Shown here: positions 10,367 to 23,100 of the stretch, one piece after another
How the letters are laid out: every line of letters starts with the position of its first letter
How positions within the stretch are numbered: the stretch's first letter is position 1
Origin: an uncultured Chloroflexia bacterium
Lineage (GTDB): Bacteria > Chloroflexota > UBA6077 > JACCZL01
Assembly: GCA_963765765.1 (NCBI GenBank)
Contig: CAVXYC010000026.1
Location: forward strand, 1 to 64,000
Direction of reading: 5' to 3'
DNA length: 64,000 bases
Made by a program: the position numbers and the translations under genes
Notes under the pieces: generated by a model
The model's input: the letters and a program-made list of their open reading frames with translations, nothing else
Told to the model about the DNA's origin: nothing
Database searches by the model: none

Positions 10367-11480
10367 ATGCCACTGGGCGGCGAGCTGGGCATTCGGCTTT
10401 TGCTCCTGATGGGCGCCTCCGTCCCGCGGCCGGCGCCGTTCGAGGCGCTTCAGGCCCTCGAGTCGGTTGAGGTCACGGCGGACAAAGAGAAGGGCGACGG
10501 CGCCCAGCTCGTGTTTCGTCTGATCAAGGATCGGACGCTCGATTATCCGCTCCTTCGCAATCCGGTGTTCACGCCCGGAAATCGTGTCGTCATGGGCGTC
10601 GTCCTGGGCGTTGTGCCTCAGATTCTGCTGGATGGCGTGATAGCCCACCAGGAGATCTCCGCCGGTGGAGACGGCCAGCTCTCGGTAACCGTGCAAGACA
10701 TCTCTTCCGCCATGGACCTCGAGGAGAAGGACGAGCCGTTCGACAACCAGCCGGACTTCGTCATCGCTACGCGAATCATCACCAGCTATCCGCAGTTTGG
10801 CCTGGTCCCGGTGGTTACGCCGACAACGGACGTGCCGCTCCAGGTGGAGCGAACACCTCGTCAGCACGAGACGGACCTCGCGTATCTGAAGCGTATGGCC
10901 GAGCGAAACGGCTTCGTCTTCTACATCGAGCCGCTAACCGTGGGCGTGAACAACGCCTACTGGGGACCCGAGAACAGAGTGGGCATTCCGCAGCCCGCCT
11001 TCACGCAGGACATGGGCGCGATGACCAACGTGAAATCGCTGAGCTTCTCATTCGACGCGCTCGAGCCGGTGGCGCCGTCCGGGGTTTTCGTCGATCCGTT
11101 TCTGAAGCTCAGCATTCCGATTCCCGCGCTGCCGTCACTCAAGATCCCGCCTCTGGCGACATCGCCCGCGCCGGCGCTTCGGAAGGTGCGCACTCGTGAT
11201 ACCGCCAATCGGAATCCCGCGAACGCCGCGACCGCCGCCCTGGCCACTGCCACGAATAGTCCCAACGCGGTGACCGGCGAGGGTGAGCTGGACACAGCGG
11301 TGTACGGCCACGTGCTCCGACCGCGCCGTCTGGCGGGCGTGCGCGGGGCCGGCGCTCACCCTCGACGGTCTCTACACCGTTGATTCCGTGACGCACAAAC
11401 TGGCGCGCGGCGAGTACACCCAGCGGTTTCGAATCAGCCGCGAAGGTCTCGGGACCACGACACCGGTGGTACGGGTGTGA
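10367..11480 (+). CDS. Phage late control D-like baseplate hub protein (Afp8/VgrG N-part); frameshift near 11355
   Basis: 'Q.ETDLAYLKRMAERNGFVFYIEP'. The C-terminus 'GEGELD..YGHVLRPRRL..VRGAG' joins 'DGLYTVDSVTHKL..GEYTQRFRISREG'. Confidence 0.85.
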
Positions 11481-11983
11481 ACGGGCAGTTCTACGGCAAG
11501 TATCGCGGCGTCGTCACCGACGTGAACGACCCGCTCTCCATGGGCCGGATCCGAGCGCGTGTCCCTGATGTGATGGGCGACGACGAGAGCGGTTGGGCGA
11601 TGCCGTGTGTGCCGTTCGCCGGCAAGGGCATGGGTTTCTTCGCCGTGCCTGCGTCGGGCGCCGGAGTCTGGATCGAGTTCGAGCACGGTGATCCCGACTA
11701 TCCGATCTGGACCGGCGCCTGGTGGGGATCGGCTGCGGAGCTCCCCACCACCCTACTCACACCTCCCCCGGCCACGAGCAAGGTCTTGCTCCATACCGAG
11801 GGTGGCCACCTGATCGTTCTCGACGACACACCAGGTGTTGGCGGAATCACACTCCAGACATCGACCGGCCAGAAGATCGTAATGACCGCCACGGGCATCG
11901 AGATCGACAACGGCCAGGGCGCGACATTGACGTTGCAGGGTCCCCAGGTCTCGATTAACCGTGGCGCGCTGGACGTGACCTGA
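11477..11983 (+). CDS. Phage baseplate assembly protein V / gp5 OB-fold spike
   Basis: 'FYGKYRGVVTDVNDPLSMGRIRARVPDV...GWAMPC.P..G...FAVP..GAGVWIEFEHGDPDYPIWTG', followed by a short beta-helix. Confidence 0.92.
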   Translation: MNGQFYGKYRGVVTDVNDPLSMGRIRARVPDVMGDDESGWAMPCVPFAGKGMGFFAVPASGAGVWIEFEHGDPDYPIWTGAWWGSAAELPTTLLTPPPATSKVLLHTEGGHLIVLDDTPGVGGITLQTSTGQKIVMTATGIEIDNGQGATLTLQGPQVSINRGALDVT

Positions 11984-12303
11984 TGCCAGGCTTTCTGCTC
12001 CATGCCGGGGCAACGGTCCTGTGCGCTCATGGCGGGCAAGCTCAGCCAACCATGCCGAGCCCGCGCGTTCGCGTCGCCGGTCAGCCGCTGGCGGTGATGA
12101 ACTCGCCGCATTCGATCACCGCCTGCCCGTTTAACGTGGCCGGCTCCCCGCTGCCCTGCGTCGTGGCGCAGTGGGTAACGGGCTCCGCGCGCGTGCGCTC
12201 GCTGGGCGCGCCCGTTCTGCTCCAGGACAGCCAGGCTGTGTGTGCCCCGAACGGCACACCCGTCAGTATCGTGGTTACTCAGACTCGGGTGCGGGGGGCG
12301 TAG
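11983..12303 (+). CDS. PAAR-like (DUF4280) spike-tip protein
   Basis: 'GATVLCAHGG...RVRVAGQP...CPF...PC..AQW..GSARVR..GAPVLL..S...C.PNG..V.IV..QTRV'. Cys/His metal-binding pattern and position directly after the spike gene. Confidence 0.85.
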   Translation: MPGFLLHAGATVLCAHGGQAQPTMPSPRVRVAGQPLAVMNSPHSITACPFNVAGSPLPCVVAQWVTGSARVRSLGAPVLLQDSQAVCAPNGTPVSIVVTQTRVRGA

Positions 12304-12338
12304 CGATGATGCCTCAAGACCTTGTATGCCTGACCGAT

Positions 12339-12453
12339 GCGCGAAGCGCCCTGGAGTGCGGCGATTCTCGCCGCTTTCGATCAGGCTGGAAGCCGACGCG
12401 CTCCGCGCTACAAGAAAGCGGCGATTCTCGCCGCACTCAAGGGCGCTTCGCGC
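12339..12453. repeat. REPIN/BIME-like inverted-repeat element
   Basis: Arms 12339-12378 (GCGCGAAGCGCCCTGGAGTGCGGCGATTCTCGCCGCTTTC) and 12414-12453 (GAAAGCGGCGATTCTCGCCGCACTCAAGGGCGCTTCGCGC) are near-perfect reverse complements. Each arm contains an internal hairpin GCGGCGA-TTC-TCGCCGC. Confidence 0.8.
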
Positions 12454-12474
12454 TCAGTTGTCGGGAGGTCGTTC

Positions 12475-12840
12475 ATGCCTGATCTCGACTACCCGTTCGC
12501 GTTTGGGGCAGACGGCCGCACCGCTACCACCGGTTCGCCTGACCACGTGCGTGACATGGTGGAGCAGGTTCTGTTCACTGCCCCGGGCGAGCGTGTGAAT
12601 CGACCGGATTTCGGCAGCGGCCTACTCGGTCTGCTCTTCGAGCCGAACAGTGAGGCACTCGCGGCCGCTACTCGGGCCCGAGTAGAAGGCGCGCTCACTC
12701 AGTGGCTGGCAGAGGTGATCCAGCTCGAGAGCGTCGTGGTCCACTCGCAGGATGCCCTCCTCGAAGTGATCGTGCAGTACGTGGTTCGCCAGACGCAAGA
12801 GCGACACACGGAGCGCATCCGCGGACCGGTGGCCCCATGA
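12475..12840 (+). CDS. GPW/gp25 family baseplate (sheath initiator) protein
   Basis: 'DYPFAFGADGRTA...HVRDMVEQVLFTAPGERVNRPDFGSGL..LLFEPN' gp25 signature. GGAGG upstream of ATG 12475. Confidence 0.92.
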   Translation: MPDLDYPFAFGADGRTATTGSPDHVRDMVEQVLFTAPGERVNRPDFGSGLLGLLFEPNSEALAAATRARVEGALTQWLAEVIQLESVVVHSQDALLEVIVQYVVRQTQERHTERIRGPVAP

Positions 12841-15351
12841 CGATCTATTTCTGCTGCAATGAGAATCGACGCGAGGCGGTTCGCGCCAGTGGTTTGCTGA
12901 ACGGCATCGATTTCCTCGAAGTCGTTGACGGGCCAGGGGTGCCCGAAGCGGATCGCCAGCGCCTTCTCCAGGTGCACATGATCAACCCGCCGGATGCGAC
13001 GCTCCTGGCGATTGGCCTACGCAACGTCGTGATCAGCGGAGGTGTGCGGGTCAAGAATATTCGCGCAACTGGGATCAGCTGGACCGGGCACGTTCTGACG
13101 GTCCGTGTGGATCGCCCCGGTGATTTCTCGCAATACACGCTGGGTTTACGGACGCTAGCCGGTGCCACGCTGGCCGGGATGGACGAGCGGCTCTCGGAGA
13201 TCGAGTTCAGCTTCAAGATAGAGTGCCCGTCTGACTTCGACTGTGCCGACCAGTCGATCTGTCCTCCCGAAATCATGGATGTGCCCGAGATCGACTACCT
13301 GGCTCGGGACTACGAGAGCTTCCGCCAGCTCATGCTCGATCGACTGGCCATGATCTCTCCGGACTGGCGGGAGCGTAACCCGTCCGATCTCGGCGTTGTC
13401 GCTGGTGGAGGCGCTCGCCTACAGCGCCGACCACCTGAGCTATCAGCTCGACGCGGCCGCGATGGAATCCACGCTCGCAAGCGCCCGATCGCGTATCTCC
13501 GCGCGGCGGCACGCCCGGCTCGTCGATTACCGCCCCAGTGACGGTAGTAATGCTCGGACCTGGGTGCAGATCCGAGTCGCGTCGGGGCAGTCGGGAGTCC
13601 TGGTGCCGGCCGGTACGCAGCTTCTGACACGTGTCCCGAACCAGGGGGCGCGGGTGGAGCCGGATTCATCCGCGTATCGGGAGGCCCTGGAGCGCGGACC
13701 AGTGATCTTCGAAACGATGCATGACGTGGTCCTGGATGCGTCATGCAACGAGATCGAGCTCTACACCTGGGGCGACGAGGAATGCTGCCTGGAAGCTGGC
13801 GCGCTGACAGCCACACTGCGTGGCCATCCGGCGATAGTGCCAGGCGATGTCCTGCTTCTGAAGGAGCGCCTTGGTCCCAGAACGGGCAACCCGGCCGATG
13901 CGGACCCCACGCACCGCCACGCCGTGCGGATTACCCACGTAGTGCCCACCGAGGACCTGCTGGGTGGCCAGTTCGAGGAGCCAAAGCACAGCGATCCGGT
14001 GCCGGTCACGGAGATTACCTGGCACCAGGGAGACATCCTGCCGTTCTCACTGTGTATCTCGGCACGCGATGGTGAAGCGCTGCATCAGAACGTTAGCGTC
14101 GCGCTCGGAAACATCGTCCTGGCCGATCACGGCCGTACGCTCCGAGTCGAGCCGGCCGGTGAAGTGCCGGAGCCGGATCCCCGACTGGCACCGCCGGCTA
14201 TCGCACAAGCGTGTGAGCCCGCCGAATCTCGATCGCGCCCGGCGCGTTTCGCGCTTCAAGTGCCGGAACCCGATCTGACCATGACCGGCACGATTGGCCG
14301 CGCTCTGACCGGCCAGGACCCACGCGTGTGGGCGCCATTCGATCCGGTGGCGGCAGCCGCCTCCGCTCGGCCGACACGGTGGGACTCACGTGTCACGCTT
14401 CCGTCGGTGTCCCTGGACGATGACGATGGACGCCACTGGCGACCTGTCAGGGACCTGCTTGCCAGCGGCCCCTTTCACCCTGAGCTCGTGGCCGAGGTTG
14501 GTAACGATAGCGTCGCTCAGCTTCGGTTCGGCGATGGTGAATACGGACTGCGGCCGCGTGCTGCTCTGGTTCTGGACATGACGTTTCGCCGGGGCAATGG
14601 GCCCTCCGGAAACATCGGAGCGGACTCGTTGGCGCACATCGTCACCACGGATTCGCGTATCGAGTCGGTGCTCAACCCGCTGCCTGCAATTGGCGGATCA
14701 GGCGCCGAGGCCATCGATCGAACCCGGCAGGATGCGCCGCAAGCATTCCGCGTCCAGGAGCGGGCCGTTACTCCGGAGGACTATGCAGTCATGGCAGAGC
14801 GGCATCCCGAGGTCCAGCGGGCCGTGGCGACCGAGCGGTACACGGGAAGCTGGTACACCATCTTCTTAACGGTAGACCGACTGAACGGCGTCCCCGTGGA
14901 TGCGGTGTTCGAGGCCGAGCTCCGAGCGTTTCTCGAGCGTTTTCGAATGGCCGGCCACGATCTGGAGATCGATGGACCGCGCTTCGTCGCCCTAGAGATC
15001 ACGCTTCGTGTATGCGTCAAGCCCGACTACTACCGATCTGATGTTGCTCGGGCGATACTCGACGTCCTGGGCCGATCGCGGCAGCCCGATGGGACGACCG
15101 CGTTCTTCCATCCCGACAACTTCACCTTCGGCGAGTCGGTCACCCTCAGCGCTGTGCTGGCCGCTGCTCAATCCGTGGAGGGTGTCCAGTTCGTTCAGCC
15201 GGTGACCTTCCGTCGGATGGGTGACGATCGCTCGGACGCCCTGCGTGTCGGTGAGATCACCATGGGTCGTCTCGAGATCGCGCGCCTGGACAACGACCCA
15301 AGCTTTGTCGAGCGGGGCACGCTCAAGCTCGAGATGGACGGTGGGCGATGA
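12837..15351 (+). CDS. Putative baseplate assembly protein (baseplate J-like, Afp11 type); frameshift near 13398
   Basis: 'NGIDFLEV', 'IDYLARDYESFRQLMLDRL...DLG..LVEALAY.AD.LSYQLD', 'LRFGDGEYG', 'QERAVTPEDYA', 'FFHPDNFTFG'. Confidence 0.88.
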
Positions 15352-18046
15352 CTACGGGTCACCCACCTGGCTGCGACTGCTGCACCGGGCTCGCCGACAA
15401 GACTCCGCTGGAGCTGGACAATCGCCCGGGGCTGCCTCAGATCGCGTACCGAGCAGGCACATACGGTCACTTCCGCGCCAGCATGCTGGCCGGGCTCACC
15501 CGCGCCTCGCGTCCGGCCCTTGCCGGTCTGAAAACACGCGACCCAAGCGATTTCTCGGTCGGTCTGATTGACGCGTGGGCGGTGGCCGCCGATGTCCTCA
15601 CGTTTTACACGGAGCGGATCGCCAACGAGCACTACCTCGGTACGGCGACCGAGCGTCGCTCCATCGGCGACATGGTCGCCCTGATTGGCTACCAGCTGAA
15701 ACCTGGCGTGGCCGCACAAGCCTGGCTCGCGTTCACGCTCGAGACTGCGCCAGGCTCCCCACCGGCATCCGCGATTCCGCTGGGGGCGAAGGTCCAGACG
15801 CTACCCGGTCCGAATGAAGATTCCGCAGACGTTCGAGACGGTCGAGCCGCTGGAGGCCGTGGCGGCGTGGAACCGACCCAGCGCTACGAGTGCTGGAACC
15901 GCATACGCCGCGCACTGGCGAGCAGCAGGTACGTCTCGCCGGTGTCGGGCTCAATCTTCGTCGTGGCGATCAGCTCATCTTCGTCGCCGACGACTGGTCC
16001 ACCTCCGATCCGGCGAATCGTTGGCAGCGGGTTCGTGTGACGCGTGTATCCCAGATCCCTGAAGAGCAGATCACCGTGGTGGACTTCTCACCTGGTCTGG
16101 CTGGCCTCGATTTCGTTGACGGAGTGGGTGTCCGGGTCTTTGCAGTGCGTGGAACGGCGGCTCTTTTCGGCTTCAGCGCGCCGGACCCCAGGCTCTTCGA
16201 TCCGGAGATCCGGGGTGAGCTGGGAACGGCGCTCAACAATGACGAGACCGAGTGGAACTTCGCCGGAGTGGTCTTCAGCGAGATCTTTCTCGACAGCATT
16301 TACGAGGGGATCGAACCGGGCAGCTGGGTGGTGCTCACGAATGCTGGCGATCTGCTGAACCCGCTGGAAGAGCTGGCGGCCGTCGTCTCGGTGCGCGAGG
16401 CTGCGAAATCCGCGTACGCATTGAGCGCTCGCGTGTCGGTTCTCGAGCTCGATCGCACGGACGCGGTCCTGACTGCCTTCGCCGGAACCAGCACGCGCTC
16501 CTCGATTGTGCATCTACGCAGCGAGGAGCTCACGCTTGCTCCAAACCCTATCGTCGAGCCGTTGTACGGCCAGCACATTCCGTTGGCGGAGCCGGTGCCC
16601 GCCAGCCCCGCGGTCAGACGAATCTTGATCCGAGGTAAGCGCCCACGCGCGGCGGAGTCGGCCGACACGCCATTCGACGATCCTCCGCCGTGGCCCGCCG
16701 GCGAGACGCCTCGAGTCCTGAGCATCGAGGACGAGTTGGAGGGACTGCCGGGCAAAGTCCGCTGGACGCTCCGGCCCGAAAGTGGTGACGACTTCACGGC
16801 CATCGGTCCGCCGGATGCCCTGACCTATGTGCCATCGCTCGCGCCCGATGAGCTGGTGGGCGAGGTTGCGCTGGTCGAATCCTCGCTGGGCGAGAGCCAG
16901 ACGGATGTCCTCACACTCACCGCGCCACTCACCAACGTGTACGACCGTCAGGCCGATACGCCCATTGAGATCTACGGAAACGTGGCGGATGCGACGCACG
17001 GCGAGACGGTTGCGCAAGAGATCCTGGGTAGTGGCGACGGAGCACGACCGTTCCAACGCTTCACGCTACGCAAGCCGCCGCTCACCTACGTGCCAGCCCC
17101 TACGGTCACGGGTGGCAGCTCCACCCTGGAGATCCGAGTCAACGGCCTACGTTGGCATGAGGCCGCCACGCTGTTCGGCACCGAGAAGCGCGACCGCGTG
17201 TACGTGGCCTCCACCGGCGATGACGGGAAGACCACTGTGATGTTCGGAGATGGTGAGGCCGGCGCGCGGCTACCCACGGGCATCGACAACATCGTGGCCT
17301 CGTACCGCGCGGGGCTGGGGCTGGCTGGCATGGCTCGAGCCGATCAGCTCACGCTGCCGATGACGCGCCCGCTCGGCCTCAAGGCCGTGACCAATCCACT
17401 TCCCGCGAGCGGCGCGGCGGACCCGCAAGCGGCCGAGGATGCGCGCGAGAACGCTCCTCGAAGTGTGCTTACGCTCGGCCGCGTTGTCTCGCTCCAGGAT
17501 TACGCTGATTTCGCCAGCGACTACGCGGGCGTTGGCAAGGCGACTGCGACCTGGACGTGGGACGGGGCCCGGCGGGGCGTCGTTCTTACCGTGGCCGCCG
17601 CCGATGGCAAGCCTCTCCCCGCCGGCTCCACGCTGTTATCCAACCTGCGCGCCAGTCTGTTGAGCATTGGCAGCACACGCGTCGCCCTCGAGATTCGCGA
17701 CTATCAGCCGGCCTACTTCCGGCTGCTTGCCACCCTTCGAGTAGCGGCGGACTACCAGGCGGATATCGTTCGGGACGCCGTCTCGGCGCGGATCCTGAGC
17801 TTGTATTCATTCGACGCTCGGACATTCGGTCAGGGAGTCGGATTGAGCGAGATGGCCTCGATCATCCACTCCATCGCGGGTGTAGAGGCAGTGCGCATTG
17901 ACCAGCTACACCTCGACACCGATCTGCCGTCCGCGAGTGTCTTTCTGCCGGCCGCGGTACCGATCCCGGGCGCCCCGCCGGGCGCCCCCGCCGCTGAGAT
18001 CCTGACGGTCGCTCCGGACGGCGTGGTGTTGGAGGTCGGCTGGTGA
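15348..18046 (+). CDS. Second baseplate J-like assembly protein; frameshifts near 15815 and 15885
   Basis: 'NRPGLPQIAYRAGT', 'IDAWAVAADVLTFYTERIANEHYLGTATERRS', 'GNVADATHGET', 'VMFGDGEAGARLPTG', 'LGRVVSLQDYADFA', 'FDARTFGQ'. Confidence 0.88.
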
Positions 18047-20095
18047 AGGTAGCGACAGACCACCTCTACAACCTTCTGCCGGCCGTCTATCGCGAGCGCG
18101 ACGCGGCGAACGGGGAGGTGCTGCGCCAGTACCTCGAGGTGCTCACCGACGAGCTGGCCGTAGTGGCCGACGGGGTCGATCAGCTCTACGACGATCTCTT
18201 CGTCGAGACAGCGGCACCATGGGTATTGCCCTACATCGCCGAGCTCATTGGACTGCATGGCCTGGCCAGCGGTACGGGTGGCGGACTCACACCCCGGGCC
18301 GAGGTCGCTAACACCATTGCTTACCGGCGACGGAAGGGCACGGCCGCGGTACTGGAGCAGCTCGCTCGCGACATGACCGGCTGGCCGGCAAGAGCAGTCG
18401 AGTACTTCGAGCTGCTGGCGTCCTGTCAGCATATGAACCACGTGCGTCCCAACAACCAGGTGACGGTGAACGTTCGGGACGCAAACCGACTCGAGTTTGT
18501 AGGTACAGCGTTCGAACGCCGCTTGAGTGGGTTACAGGGGGACCTTGTCCATCTAGCCGAGATGCGCCGAATTCGCGAGCCGCCGCGGTCGATACAACAT
18601 CCCGAACGTAGGCATCTTCCTCTGGCGTCTGCGGGCCTATCCATTGACGCAAGTCGAAACGTTGCCCGCGACGCCCGGAGATCAGCACCGATTCCTGCTC
18701 AATCGGCTCGGAGCGGCTGTCCAGCTCTTTAGCTCGCCATTGTCCGAGAGCGAGATCACGCATCTGGCCGAGCCGATCAACGTCCCGATGCCGCTCAGCC
18801 GCCGACTCCTTTCGACGCAGCTTCATTCCTACTTCGGGCCCGGACTCTCGCTGCACATCGACGGCATCCCCATCGATCTGGTGGACGTGTGCGATCTGAG
18901 CGACGTGCCCGACGGCACGGGCGACTGGAATCACTCTCCGACGCCAGCTGGGCCGCATGCAGCTTGATCCGGTGCTGGGGAGAGATAGCGTTCGGGGGAC
19001 CGCAGGAAACGCCGCCACGGGTCTCGTTCCACTACGGCTTCAGCGCCGATCATGGGCGGCGGGGAATACGAGCGGATATCCAGCTTCGCGCTGATCGAAG
19101 GCCCAGTTGAGACGGTAGCTCGCGATGGCAGCGAAGGGCACGTCACCATTCAGGCGGCGCTCGACAGTCTGGCGGCGTCCAGCGGAACGGTTGAGATCGC
19201 TGATAACGGCCGCTACGAAGGGATTCTCACGATCACGGCAGATGCGACGGCTATGGAGGTGCGCGCGGCGGATAGTCGCATGCCTGTGGTCGTGCTCGAC
19301 TCCGACCTCGAGGTGACGCTGTCGAATGGCGCCGAGGTCTCGCTGAACGGACTCATCATCGCCGGCGCCGCTATCCGTGTATCCGGCTCGGGGCGACTGA
19401 TCCTCCGCCACTGCACCCTGGTGCCCGGATTGACGCTCAATGCTGACGGGTCTCCGACGCAGCCTGACGCGCCGAGTCTACTCGTGGAGACTGGCGACCT
19501 GGTGGTCTCGGTCGAGCGCTCCATCCAGGGCGGAGTCCGCGCGCACGTGGACTCGCAGATAGCGCTGGTGGATTGCATTGTGGATGCCGGCGAAGGGGGC
19601 GTCGCCTTAGCCTCCGCGCCCGACGCGTCCGGGCCAGCGGGCACCCTCACGCTCGACGAGTGCACTGTGTTCGGGTTGGTCCACGCGAGAGTAATGGAGC
19701 GCGCCTCCAACTGCATCTTCATGGCACGTGTGCCTGAAGGTGAGGCGGCACGCTGGCCGGGTCCAGTACTCGTCGACCGACGGCAGGCGGGATGCGTGCG
19801 CTTCTCCTACCTGCCCGCCCGCTCGCGCACGCCACGACGGTTCGAGTGCGTACCGGGCACGGACGGCGACGCCGAGGAGCTTCGGCCCGTGTTCACCTCC
19901 ACTCGCTATGGCGATCCAGCCTATGGACAGCTCGATCGACGCACGCCCGATGACGTCTGGCGCGGCGCGGATGACGAGTCCGAGATGGGGGTGTTTCATC
20001 ACCTGCGCCAGCCTCTGCGTGAGGCGTATCTGACACACCGACTTCAGGAGTACCTCCGCTTCGGTCTCGAGGCGGGGCTCTTTTTCGCAACGTAG
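18043..20095 (+). CDS. Phage tail protein (P2 gpI-like / Afp12-like baseplate wedge); several frameshifts
   Basis: 'LYNLLPAVYRERD...DDLFVETAAPWVLPYIAELIG...RAEVANTIAYRRRKGT...TGWPARAVEYF'. Later 'GGGEYER', 'RRQAGCVRFSYLP' and 'P.FTSTRYGDPAYGQL...GADDESEMGVF...L.EYLRFGLEAG'. Confidence 0.82.
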
Positions 20096-20113
20096 AGGTT
20101 ATGGGAGCTCGCT

Positions 20114-23100
20114 ATGAGAGGTGATTTCAGCCGACGGACCTTCGATCCGCGCAAGCACTACAGCGCGGTTCTTCAAGAGCAGGGCCGGCTGCTGACCGAC
20201 GCGGACCTCGAGGAGGAGCACCACATTCTCTCGAGCCAGCTCGAAAGGACCGCGGCAGACGTCATCGGCGCTTGCGGCGGCCCCATCGGCTCGGCTGGCT
20301 TCGCCGTGACCTCGCCGGATGGCGTCAACCTGGCGCTCTCGGCGGGTCGCTACTACGTTGCCGGCATGCTGCTCGTCAACGAGACGGCTGTCAACTACAC
20401 GCAGCAGCCGGATCGGATCACGGCGGATGTGGACTGGCCGCCCCCGCCCGGCCGCTACGTTATTGGCCTCGATGTCTGGGGGCGTCTCATCACCGCGCTG
20501 GACGATCCGTCTATTCGCGATGTCGCCCTGGGCGGTCCGACGACGTCTGCCCGAGAGAAGACCGTCTGGCAGGCACGCCATGTGGCCGTGGACGCTGCCT
20601 GGACGTGCGGGCAACCACTGCCTCCTCTCAACGACACCACCGGCAGCATGGCCGCTCGGGCCGAACCTGAGGCGGCGTTACCAACACCATGTCTGGTGCC
20701 TCCGCTCGCCGGCTGACACGGGCCTCGAGAACCAGTTCTATCGGGTGGAAGTCTTCGCGACTGGCGCGGCGGTCAATCTTGCCAGCGCGTCGATACTGCC
20801 GATCCTGAGTATCCCCGCGGGCAGTCTCAACCAGGTGGTGGTGTCGAATCAGGCAGCGGCGACACTGAGTGTCGGCGAATCGCTGGAGATCATTCGCACC
20901 GGCGCCGGTAGCGACCCGCTCGACGCAACCTTCGTCCAGGTGGCGAGTAAGTCCGGAGTCACTATCACGCTGAGCGGGCTGCTTCCGGAGCTCCAGGCGG
21001 GCGACGCCCCCGCGCTTCGCCGCGTTAATGCCACGGCGGTGATCTCTCGAGAGAACGGGTCGGTGGTCACCGGGATCGATCGGATTGACGGACGAGAGGT
21101 CACGGTTCGCGATCTCGGTCCTGATGAGGTACTCGGCTTCGCTCCCGGCCACTGGGTCGAGCTGACCGACGATCGGATCGAACTGGAGCATCGGCCGCGC
21201 CAGCTTCGACAGATCGAGGCTATCGACACGGATACACTTGTCGTAACGTTGCGCACCGCGGCCGCGCCGCTGGCGGGGACGGCCGATGGGGTGGACGCTG
21301 ATCGCCATCCCAAACTGCGCCGATGGGACGCTGCCCGGGGGATCGTATTTCGGGCCGACGGCTCTGCCTGGCTGCACCTGGAGCGGGGTATCCAGGTTCG
21401 CTTCTCCACCGGGCAGTACGTGAGCGGTGATTACTGGCACTTCCCGGCGCGCGCGGCGATTGTCGACGCTGCCTCTGGGAACATCGAATGGCCTCAGGCC
21501 GGTGGAGCCCCGGCGCTTCTTCCGCCGCACGGTGTTGCGCACCACGTCTGTCCCATCGCCGTCGTTGACGTCACTCAGAACGCCAGCGGCGTTCGCAGCG
21601 CTGAGGTGATCAGCGATTGCCGAAACCTCTTCCCGCCCGTTACGCAGCTCACGACGCTGATGTACGTAGGAGGCGACGGCCAGGAGGGGAGGCCTGCTGG
21701 CGCCGGGCTGGCGCCGCTTCCAGCGCCGCTTACCGCGCGCGTCGCCAATGGCTCTCATCCCGTGCAGGGTGCGCGGGTCGAGTTTCGCATCACTCAGGGC
21801 ACCGGCCGCCTTAACGGATCGGTTGGCCCGATCGTCCGCACGAGCGACGCCAATGGCATCGTCTCCGCCACGTGGGCCCTTGACGTGAACGCTCCCGCTC
21901 AGACGGCTGAGGCGCGATTGCTCACGCCCGCGGGCACGGCCATCGCGCACCAGCTTCTCCGCTTCCACGCAACACTGGACACGGACACGACCGTGGAGAG
22001 CGGTCGGTGTTGCTGCGTCACCATTGGTCCCGATGGCGATTACCCCACGCTCGAAGAAGCCCTCCAGGATCTGCTGCAGAAAGGTGAGCGGGACATCTGC
22101 CTGTGTCTCCTTCCCGGGGATCATGTGTCCGACCGTCTGGAGCTGAACGGGGTGGAGGACGAGAAGTCGCTCAACCTATCGATCGTGGGCTGCGGGAGGG
22201 CCACTCGGGTCCAGTCCACTAGCGGCATTCTGATGAACCACGGATCATCGCTCCGCCTTACGGATTTCGACCTGACGCTGACGGAGAACGCGACCCTCCA
22301 CACGATCAGTGTGGACGATGTGACGCTGGAAGGGATGCATATTCGTGGCATGCCGCCCAAAGTCGGAGTGGTGAGAATTCATGGCGCGTCCGCCGTGCGC
22401 GTGAGCGACTGCACGCTCGAAGCTCGCGCTGAAGGCGAATTCGAGCGATTCCGAGCCTTGTTCGCGGGTGTTGGGCCACTCGAGAGCGTGTGGCAAGTAG
22501 CTGGCACCGGCGAAAACGCGCTTCGAGTTCGCAGCGCGGCTCGCGATATCGACGGACTCTCCGCTACCGCTCGTCGCGCCCTGGTGCGTGAGATCGACCG
22601 AAGGATTGCCGGCGAGGCTGCCCGACTCTCGGCGAACGTCGCCGCAAGACTGTCCCACCTGTCTGCCACGATCGGTGCCAAACGCGACCCGGCGGTCGTA
22701 GCGGCGGCAGTCAACGACCTCAAGGCCGCCGTGGCGCAGCAGTCCGACATCGTCGCGTTGGAGATCGGCGCGCCCGATGATCTCCAGGAGAAGCTGACCG
22801 ACCCAGCCAATGTCACACCGTGCACGATCACCATCGTGGACAACAAGATTTACGGGAACATCAGTCTGTACGGCGTAGCCGGTGATGGCGCGCTCAACGT
22901 CGACGAGCGTGCGCTCCTGGATGCGAGGCTCAAGAATCGAGCGGTCAGCACCGGCATGGCCGGCACTGTGCACATCCGCGACAACCGCCTCAATCGGCTC
23001 CTGCTGTCCTCGGGGATGAACGAAGCCCTGCGGCAGCTCGCCCTTGGCCAGGTGACTTCCCTGGCGACGCTCTACGAGAGCTTCCACGTCACCAACAACG

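Noticed and set aside
12339-12453. Mini CRISPR array
   Set aside because: Only two units, inverted rather than direct, with no cas genes or leader.
960-20720. Programmed ribosomal frameshifting in eCIS genes, as in phage tail chaperones
   Set aside because: No canonical slippery heptamers noticed at the junctions, and equivalent breaks occur in housekeeping genes.
20628-22124. Long antisense ORFs (e.g. 20628-22124, 5632-6630, 22245-23123)
   Set aside because: Shadow ORFs opposite well-supported genes in high-GC sequence, with no recognisable motifs.
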